From positions 23,250,001 to 23,314,000 of the forward strand of contig NC_043004.1 in NCBI RefSeq assembly GCF_006345805.1: a DNA stretch of 64,000 bases. The letters are read 5' to 3'. The notes below the pieces were generated by a model. The model was not told the DNA's origin. It searched no databases and was given only the letters and a program-made list of their open reading frames with translations. Made by a program: the position numbers and the translations under genes. Shown here in pieces: positions 54,468 through 64,000 of the stretch (positions are counted from its first letter, which is position 1; each line of letters starts with the position of its first letter). The stretch is from Octopus sinensis (Eukaryota).

Positions 54468-54841
54468 ACGTCAGTATGATATTTGGGAAAGATTTGTAAC
54501 ATCATTTGTAGCATCATTAAATTTTGCTAATTTAAAAGAGTCATTAATATTTCCTATTTGACTAGTATAAACTTTGCCCAGATCTTCATCGTTGATAACG
54601 GACTTGGACAAACGTATTACAAAGCTTTAATTTTTGCAAGGGTTACATGGTTTTTTGTTACCTGAATAAGATATTTCAAGATTTCTCGAAATTAGAACAT
54701 TCTAGTTTCTAGAAAAGTAAACAATTTCAGCTCAGATGAATATGTGGAGATTTAGAGGATTTAAAGTCTCTACACATCTTTAAAGCCTTGTGCATGTTTG
54801 ATGTGAAATGCTAAGAGAGTTTATTATTTGTAAGGGACTTG

Positions 54842-55023
54842 AAGGCGGCGAGCTGGCAGAATCGTTTGCATGCCGGGCAAAATGATTAGCGGCATATCGC
54901 CCGTCTTTACGTTTAAGATCGAATTCCTCCTTTCCTCCTTTCGGGGTCGATGAAATAAGTACCAGTTGAATCGACTCATTATCACCTCCCTCAAGCTGCG
55001 CTTGTGGTAAAAATTTGAAATAG
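54842..55023 (+). mobile_element. SINE family A with 18-bp TSD
   Basis: TTATTTGTAAGGGACTTG repeated at 54824-54841 and 55024-55041. Confidence 0.9.
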
Positions 55024-55599
55024 TTATTTGTAAGGGACTTGGCAAAACGTATTACAAAGTTTTCACTCTTACGATGGTTGAAATGCATTTTGATTCTTAA
55101 ATAAATTTTTTAAGGATTTCTTTAAATTAGAAAATTCTACTTTCTAGAAAAGTAAATTATTCTAATTCAGGTGAAAACGTTAGTTCCCTTAAGGGCATAA
55201 CTAGTAAGTTCTATCTACCGGAGTTTTTTTAAGGTGTGGGTGTGGAAGGTATACCAAAGGCTAAATGAGTGTGATGTGAATAAAGTGTTATAGTGTTGGT
55301 TCTCACTATACATTGGAATACACTACTCTTTGTTAAGGATTGAGTCTACAACAATTGTATTGGTTGTTCAACTTATGTGACTTTTTACTTAGGTTAGAGC
55401 TATTAAAGTCGGCAAAGATCTATGAAAAGTTAACGTTAGTCGAATAAGAAATCTTTATGTTCCTTTTGCTAAGCGAAAACATTTTAATAGTGATTTGTTA
55501 AAGATATAAATATTGATATCTTCCAAATAATACACAGACAGCCTATAAATATGTGTATGTAAGTTTGTTTGTCTATGTGTGTGTGTCTGTTTATCTGTC

Positions 55600-55641
<42 letters not shown>

Positions 55642-55646
<5 letters not shown>

Positions 55647-55853
55647 CCGGCCTTCGCCATGATAGATCGCTAGCCACTACACATTCTTTATTTTCTCTCC
55701 TTGTTTCTTTCTGTGTTCCTTTCTGTGGAAGAGTATAGGCTCGAAACGTTAAAGACTTTTTCACTTCCGGAGCGTTATACTAATACATCTGTTTGTTGTC
55801 TACACCACCTGTCTTTGTCTTTTGTTTTTCTTTTTTTTGTGAATCCTCCCCTG
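55642..55853 (+). mobile_element. ~220-bp non-autonomous element with hammerhead motif, copy 2
   Basis: Homologous to 21570-21788. (TA)n on both sides. Confidence 0.75.
55719..55754 (+). ncRNA. Putative minimal type I hammerhead ribozyme (variant core)
   Basis: CTTT-CTGTGGA-A-GAGT ATAG GCTC-GAA-ACGT-T-AAAG. Same fold, with a U-G wobble closing stem II. Confidence 0.5.
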
Positions 55854-56379
55854 TATATATATATATATGAAATTATATGTACGAATAGATGTACAACTAC
55901 TACTTTAAGGTTTAGAACTCTTTGAAGATTTTCATAATTCTGTCTGCTTTCTGTATAGTTGTTGAGTAGCTTTCATATCGAGGAGTGTTTCTAGTTATGA
56001 ATTACAGGCCAAATGTAGGGAAAATATGGATAAACACAGTTTTATATAATGGTTCCTACGCGCGTTTCACCATTATAGTTGTCTGGAGATCTAGAATAGG
56101 TCCTCTTAATGCACAACCACAAGAGATCATCAGGGAACACTTTATTGCGTTAAGTTACAGATAACTATATCCAAACTTGGATCGATTGTGAGGCATTTTT
56201 TTAATTATTGAGGGAAATAGACAGAAAGCAACTGGAAGAGAAAGAAGTACGTTAGGTGCAAGAGAAAGCAAGTAGAGAATAAAGATAAAAAAATAATTAG
56301 AAAGAGGGGAAAAGGAAAAGAGAGTGAGACAAGTATAAAGAAAATAGGTGATTAATTTGTACAATTAGGTAGAAATTTT

Positions 56380-56697
56380 TATCTTTTATTTATTTCAATC
56401 ATTTGACTGCGGCCACGCTGAGGCACTACCTTGAAGTATCTAGTTGAACAAATCGACCCTTATGACTTATTTTTCAGGCCTAGTACTTATTTTATCAATA
56501 TCTTTTGCCGAACCGCTAAGTTATGGGGACGTAAACACATCAACACTAGTTTGTGGTGGGAGACAAACACAGATACAAAGACACACATAATGGATATAAA
56601 CGGGGGACTTCTTTCAATTTCTGTCTACCCGAGGTGTCACGCAGAGGGCCTGAACCCAGAACCATGTGATTGAGAAGCAAGCTTCTTACCACACAGC
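56380..56697 (-). mobile_element. SINE family B, internally deleted
   Basis: Both ends present; the CORE-like middle is missing. Confidence 0.75.
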
Positions 56698-57932
56698 TAA
56701 GCCAGCAATACTGAATAAAATAAATGCATATAATATATAAATTATATATATATATAAAATTACGAAATATATAATATAAAAATATAATTCAGAACAACAT
56801 ATTAATATGCTATTTTACATGGAATATAGTTATGGATATAGTTATGCAAAATACAAATATATTAAATAAATTAATTTGATTAAATACATACATATAGCTA
56901 AGAGGTAGGGAAGAGATGAACACGGGAATGAAGAGTGGAGGGAAAGGTAGGTAAGAGATAGGTGAGAGATGAATTAATATAGTATTCTTTGATGATCAGC
57001 AAAGTTGAGCATTTAAGAAACCTATTCTATGGCACCAAGCAATCGTAATCGGGAAATGCACATAGGATTTTATCATATAAACCGGTGTTTAACCGTATTT
57101 CTAATATATATATGTGTGTGTATGTATGTATATATACTCACACATACATTTGTCATATACAAGTGTGTTTATATATATATATATATATATATACATACAA
57201 ATGTGTGTGGATGTATATGTATATATCACGAACGATATGAGAAGCACCTTTTACTACAAGCGAGAATGTTTTCGCCATAGTAAATTTCAGGGAAATAGCA
57301 TTTAAAGTTTTATATGTTACAAACATTTTTGAACTAACCAGATTAAGAAGCAAAACTCTTAATTAATCAGCTGTGAATGGTTATGTCTGTGTGAGTGTAT
57401 GTGTGCATGCATATATGCTATTAAATACATCAACTTAATAATGATCTTATTTGATTTATATTACTAATATTTTAAAGATTTGTTGATAATTATTCTCAAC
57501 CAAATGCAATTAAGTGACGAGAATATGAAATGTTGACGCCATAAAAATATACATCAAACTTACACAGCCAATCAGAAAACGCTGATTCAGTTCCTTTATG
57601 AAATTATTTTGCCCAAAAGATTAGTAGTTTTCGCATAAGCTTGGATAGGTATTTGATGTCCACATCTTTCAAACATTCGAAAATGCCTTTGTCTTCCATT
57701 CAACTCGGATGGAAATCCACTGCATACGACCGACATGTTTTTACACCTCCTTTGATTAATATTTCAGTCTCTGTTTCTTTCCCTAAAGGAAAGATGTCTT
57801 AAATTTCAACAATGATTTCCACTTGTCTACTATAAGCAGATTTGATTACACATCATTTTTAAATCCACTGATTCCAGTTCTAGAGATTTTGGGTGTAATA
57901 TATAGATGGCCATATATATGTATGTGTGTGTA

Positions 57933-57983
<51 letters not shown>

Positions 57984-57984
57984 C

Positions 57985-58044
<60 letters not shown>

Positions 58045-58598
58045 TTCGCGCGTTTTCCATGTGTAACGTAATGCAAAATTCCCTTTTCATCCTGTTTGAA
58101 TAAAGCTGCTCTTTCAGCAGAAGTTGATTAACTTTCTCAGTACAACTATAAGGAATGAAGCGACTAATATATCTTTGAGTGGTACTTCTAGGATGAAAAG
58201 CAGTTGTTGATGCTGTTGGTATTGACAAGGAAAACTTTAGCATCTTCTTTCTTGTTCTTCACCAACAGTAATGATATAGTTTGCGACAAATCAGTAAATC
58301 TAATCGTTCTTATATCCTTATTGTTAAAACTACCATCACCTTTTCTGACGTTCCTCTTCTTTTTCATTTACAATTTTCTTTCTTCTTCCCGCTATCGTTT
58401 CTTATTCTATTCTCTCTTGCCTTTCCTTCATCTTGCTTGTTGCTCTTTCATCTAACCAACTGTCTTTGAAATTCATTCGATGTCAGAATTTATACGTTTG
58501 ATTGTATTGTCGAGAATGATGATAGATTGGAACTTATTAAATAACCACCAAGAACAGTTCATCCATTTTACTGTTGCTCTGAATGATATATGCGCGCG

Positions 58599-58634
<36 letters not shown>

Positions 58635-60402
58635 CATACTCACAAAGTACACACACATGTATACGACATACTTATTTGTGTGTATTTGTATGTATAGCTA
58701 TATATACATATATTTAGATGTCTATATAAATGTGTGTGTGTATGTGTAAGATTATGTAGATATGCATATATATACATTCATTTACAACTATATTCATATA
58801 TATACACACATACGTATACATCTATGTTCACGCACATACACTCACATAAATATGTACATATATATGTAAATATATAGATATATATATTTGTGTGTATGTA
58901 TGTAATTAGACAGATAGATGGGTGGATGGATACACGTGTGTAAGTAAATATATTAGTGTAACATTAAAATAGAATGCATTCGAACTAAAAGCAATATAAA
59001 TCCAATTTATTACAGTTAACATAAGACGGATTTAGAAAACACACATACAAATATATATATATATACATATCAACATCAAAATAAAATTCCAACAATAACT
59101 GAGTTCTTCAGAACTCTACTGGTTGACTATAATAGAGAGAATATCAATGTTATGCAAGTGATTATTTCATTCCTTGTTGCGTAGTTCTGAAAAATGAGGC
59201 GGCGGCGATGGTGGTAGTGGTAGTGGTGGTGTCGGTGGAGACGGAGCCGGAGGCTGTAGCAGCAACTGCAGTAGTAGTAGTAGTAGTAGGCGGAGGAGGA
59301 GGTGGTAGCGGTTGTGGTGGTGGAATGTGGTTAATGTGTAATTTATTTAAATATTGGCAAATTCTAAATGGATTCCAAATGTCTTCTTAGAATTGAAAAT
59401 GTGTTACATCATCCATCGACATTTTCGTTGACAATTACGTATCGAAAAGCGACTAAATTCTGAAGAATGGAATAATAACCATCATGATGGAATTGCTGTA
59501 TAATCAGCTGGGCTTTACTGGAAGAATCGGAAATACAAGCTATAGAATTATTTTATTTTTACTTTTAGAGATTTTCCTGTTCACAGCACTTGAAATGTGT
59601 CACTGCAATGGTAATCTACGAGATTTAGCGTGGTTTGAATTTAGAAAAATGAATGTAAAAATGCCAAAGAGGAATTTAGATGTCAACTTGTACTGATCAT
59701 AGATTTGAACCTTAGATGAATTAAAGCTGCCCCTTTCGATTATTGGTGTCCAAATGGGAATTAAAGTACTTGATCAGTCATGTTCAAAGTTTTATTAGAA
59801 TGTTTCTAAGAAACACTAGATTTGGCCTTCCTTTATCGTGTGGTAGCATAGATGTGTGTTGGGTTAATGTGTCTCTTGCACAACTGGAATTGTAGTATTA
59901 TTTGCTACAGTTTCACCTTTACCTTCATTTATGTTTCCACTCAATCCAGGAAGAACAAATGTTCTTTTTCTTGGAAACAATCCCGTAAGATTTGAACAGG
60001 ACTGATCAAGTAGTTTCATTCTTATTTGAACATGGCAGTCAGTGAAAAAGTGAAACAGGTGAATTACAGGGAAGAAAACAGTTCTGATGAAGAAAGATTG
60101 CAAAATCAATGTTTAAATATAAAGCAAATGTATCAAAGATTAGGAGTGAAGCAAATGTGGGTTTAAGTGATTTTTAAAGAGTTGGCATATTTCAGTACAA
60201 AAAAAAAACAGCTAACTTCAGTTGGGAAATCCCTGAATGTTTACCCAGTGGACTCAGGTGACGGGGTTTTTTTAACATTAAATCTCCTCACATTTCCCTT
60301 CAACCAATTTCCACTCAGGAGGCTTTCGCCTACCCTAGAAGAAATTTGCTTAAAGTGCCACGCGCAGTCTGATATACCCAACATCAGTTAGTTGACCAGC
60401 AA

Positions 60403-60786
60403 GGAGTGGCTGTGTGGTAAGTAGCTTGCTTACCAGCCACATGGTTCCGGGTTCAGTCCCACTGTGCGGCGCCTTGGGCAAGTGTCTTCTACTATAGCCT
60501 CGGACCGACCAAAGCATTGTGAGTGGATTTGGTTGACGGAAACTGAAAGAAGCTCGTCGTATATATATATGTGTGTGTGTGTGTGTATGTGTCTGTGTTT
60601 GTCCCCCCAACATCGCTTGACAACCGATGCTGGTGTATTTATGTCCACGTGACTTAGTGGTTCGGCAAAAAGAGACCGATAGAATAAGTACTAGGCTTAC
60701 AATGAATAAGTCCTGGGGTCGATTTGCTCGACTAAAGGCGGTGCTCCAGCATGGCCACAGTCAAATGACTGAAACAAGTAAAAGAA
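60403..60786 (+). mobile_element. SINE family B
   Basis: Full family sequence. Confidence 0.9.
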
Positions 60787-61746
60787 CAAATCTAGAAACC
60801 ACAACAGCCATTTTGGAGTAGGTCTGTTGAATGTTGTTGCTATAAATCATTAAGAATTATACCCAAATCCTATTGATCAATTTTATTTTTATTCAATAAA
60901 CATTAATTGAGCAATTAAAGATTCTATGATCAGACAGAACAAATTCATATCCCACGAATGCTTTTTAAAATGTAAACTATTTTCCCCCTTTAATAATTGT
61001 CCAACTTCGTAAAACGTTTAATTTAGCTTAATTTATTTAGCTCGGGTTATGTCGTACTTACGATTATAAACAAGGATTAAATAGCATGGAAATAGCAGTG
61101 TACATGGCTACAAACGACAATAAATTTTAAGATCTTTAAGTGAAAAATACAAATGAAATATTAAATGTGTATATTCTTGAACACCGTATTTACTCTTTGA
61201 TTTAAATTTCAAACTTCCAAACCCACCTCAGCTTAACTTCATCTATGAGAGATTGTTTCCTCTATGATAGCTAGCCACTCAGTGTATACCACGTATTTAT
61301 TCTTAATCATCTTAATATTGATTCATTGGATCTCTAGATGCAAGTCTAATACGTGTTAAGAACGGGGATGTTTGATCTGGTCTGCTCTGGAGGATATTTC
61401 GTGTTTATTTGCATAGACACCAGAAACAATAAAACCAACTTCAACGGGATTTGAATCTATAGGAATCAATAAAGGGGGTTGATGTAAATATCGCAAGACT
61501 TCTGGTCATCTTTCAAGCATGTCCACCAACAAGGTGACTCTATACGATCATTATGTTTTATTAGAAACAGCAGTCATATTTCCCCAAAACGCATTCTAAA
61601 GTGTGTAAAACTATATTCATATACAGTAGTCAATGTAGATCTCAATAAAACAAGACAGTCAAGGCTGGAATGCTTTGATCATAGATCTCACTCATAACTG
61701 ACCTAATGGATTTGGTATTAATCTTCCCATTACTTAAATCATTATA

Positions 61747-61923
61747 GGAGTGGTTGTGTGGTAAGTAGCTTACTTACGAACCACATGGTTCCGGGTTCAG
61801 TCCCACTTCGTGGCACCTTGGGCAAGTGTCTTCTACTATAGCCTCGGGCCGACCAAAGCTTTGTGAGTGGATTTGGTACACGGAAACTGAAAGAAGCCCG
61901 TCGTATATATATATATATATATG

Positions 61924-61982
<59 letters not shown>

Positions 61983-62207
61983 CTGTATGTGTGTCTGTGT
62001 TTGTCCCAACAACATCGCTTGGCAACCGATGCTGGTGTGTTTACGTCCCCGTAACTTAGCGGTTCGGCAAAAGAGGCCGATAGAATAAGTACTAGGCTTA
62101 CAAAGAATAAGACCTGGGGTCGATTCGTTCGACTAAAGGCGGTGCTCCAGCATGGCCACAGTCAAATGACTGAAACAAGTAAAAGAGTAAAAAGAGAGTA
62201 AAAGAGT
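61747..62207 (+). mobile_element. SINE family B
   Basis: Full family sequence with expanded internal microsatellite and (AAAAGAGT)n tail. Confidence 0.9.
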
Positions 62208-62799
62208 ATATATGTATGTATGCATGTATGTATGTATGTATGTATGTATAACAGCATCAACAGCAACTCCAGCATTAGAAATGACTATCGTCATTTCCTC
62301 ACCTTCAACTTGTAGTTAACGTTTTATAAAGTTGTAATGAAAGTTGATATTTTAATCATCAAGGATTTGGGGGGATTAACGGTCCTTAACATATCAGAAT
62401 TGTAATTAATTGAAAGTGTAATTAAAAGTTAATAGCATGAGTGAGTAATTAGTGCGTCGGCTATTAAATTTAAAGTTCGTTAGCAACAATCAACAACAAT
62501 AACAACAACAACAACAACAACAACAGCAAAAACTTTGGTGCGCGCCTATTAATCAACATCGGTGTGACTTTTCCAGTATTAATGAACGCTGTTTGGTATG
62601 GTGAATCTCTTTATGATACCTCTGGATTGACCTTATTGTTGTCATTCTTGTTGTTGCTGTTGTTCTCACACATATGCATTCATGCACACACTCATATAAA
62701 CCTACACACACACACGTATTCATTTATACATATAGATAGATGCATACATACATACATGCACGAACCAATACACACACATAGAGTCGAAGTCATAAATAT

Positions 62800-63034
62800 A
62801 TACCTATTTCTTTACTACCCACAAGGGGTTAAACACAAAAGGGACAAACAAGGACAGACAAACGAATTAAGTTGATTATATCGACCCCAGTGCGTAACTG
62901 GAACTTATTTAATCGACCCCGAAAGGATGAAAAGCAAAGTCGACCTCGGCGGAATTTGAACTCAGAACGTAACGGCGGACGAAATACGACTAAGCATTTC
63001 GCCCGGCCTGCTAACGATTCTGCCAGCTCACCGC
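62800..63034 (-). mobile_element. SINE family A, long-tail variant
   Basis: Reverse complement of 49632-49864 at high identity. Confidence 0.9.
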
Positions 63035-63249
63035 ATAAATACATACCAATACACACACCCTAATCACCATAAATAACCATAAGTGAGTGTTTGTATATAT
63101 GTGTTAGTGTGTATATGTACAGGTAGACGTACAGATGAACATCTGTGGTGGATGGGGGAGGTACACTTTGCATGAGTACGTGGGGATGCTGAAACGTTTC
63201 TGGCTTTCGGTAAAAGAAAATCTCAGGAGAACAATTACTTATGATTTTA

Positions 63250-63520
63250 TTGACTGATAGACGAAAACTGAAAGAAGCCCATCGTATATATGTATATATA
63301 TATGTGTGTGTTTGTGTGTCTGTGTTTGTCCCCCCAACATCGCCTGACAACCGATGCTGGTGTGTTTACGTCCCCGTAACTTAGCAGTTCGGCAAAAGAT
63401 ACAGATAGAATAAGTACTAGGCTTACAAAGAAAAAGTCCTGGGGTCGATTTGCTCGACTAAAGGCGGTGCTCCAGCATGGCTACAGTCAAATGACTGAAA
63501 CAAGTAAAAGAGTAAAGAGA
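63250..63520 (+). mobile_element. SINE family B, 5'-truncated
   Basis: From GACGAAAACTGAAAGAAGCCC to GAAACAAGTAAAAGAG. Confidence 0.85.
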
Positions 63521-63779
63521 GTTTATATATGGTGAATTTATCCTATGTGCCCTTATAAGAAAGATATTTGTCTATTTTTAGTATATAGAAAATCATATTT
63601 TAACATCCATATTTTTCAGTACAATAAATCATTAACTATCTTATCAGAAAAATTGTAAACCAACCAAAATTTAACAAAAAGGTTATTTCCAACATGCCGG
63701 CAAAGTTTGACAATTTCTCATCCAAAAATAAAAGTATTCTAAGAATTCAAAATGTATCAACTTTATTATGTCTTAGAGA

Positions 63780-64000
63780 TAGCTGTTTGAACAAAGTAAC
63801 CGCGCTCAGCTTCCAGCACGCCCTAAATACAAACCCGGAAGATAGTACATGCATTCCTCACTGTATCATGGGAAAGTCTTCGATCATCTTGATCAGCTCG
63901 GTCTTGATGTTGAAGGTAGAATGGGTGTTGCCTTCCTCAAGCGCGCCCCACAAATAGAAATCCATGAAATTACAGTCGGAGGAAATTAGGACACCAGAAA
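63780..64000 (-). mobile_element. 3' part of the same Tc1/mariner family as 30237-31096, running off the window edge
   Basis: Reverse complement reads ...SDCNFMDFYLWGALEEGNTHSTFNIKTELIKMIEDFP...TVRNACTIFR...VLEAERGYFV, colinear with 30740-30973. Confidence 0.8.

Noticed and set aside
59484-60165. Short ORFs (HCNGNLRD..., PRKRTFVLPG..., MAVSEKVKQVNYREE...) as GC or other exons
   Set aside because: No match to HGNLKS.NC or any domain I recognise; no convincing splice-site pair.

Overview
Eukaryotic, AT-rich, repeat-saturated intronic DNA. The SINE families (tRNA-headed, CORE-like and Ceph-like) and dense (TA)n/(TACA)n/(GATA)n/(ATT)n microsatellites point to an octopus/coleoid cephalopod genome; this is inference from family recognition, not a database hit. 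Only one host coding exon is supported: a 105-nt phase-0/phase-0 exon at 12316-12420 (+) encoding part of the kinase-homology domain of a receptor guanylyl cyclase (NPR-A/B-like). I could not find its neighbouring exons, so the flanking introns appear to be >12 kb and >51 kb. The rest is a transposon graveyard: a 5'-truncated L1/Tx1-clade LINE and a short sister copy, both embedded in (GATA)n; an R4/Dong RLE-type LINE in (AAT)n; Penelope-like RT/GIY-YIG remnants with an inverted duplication; RTE fragments; a full-length but broken mariner; Tc1/mariner and Tigger/pogo remnants; MITEs and a diverged foldback; a probable non-autonomous Helitron; and more than 25 SINE copies. No prokaryotic, CRISPR or rRNA signal. 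Nearly all ORFs in the supplied track are microsatellite or SINE translations. The most interesting signals are the apparent (GATA)n-targeted Tx1 retrotransposon and several hammerhead-ribozyme-like motifs, including a short (TA)n-embedded element whose two copies share a non-canonical A6-to-U core. SINE and remnant boundaries were estimated by eye and may be off by tens of bases.
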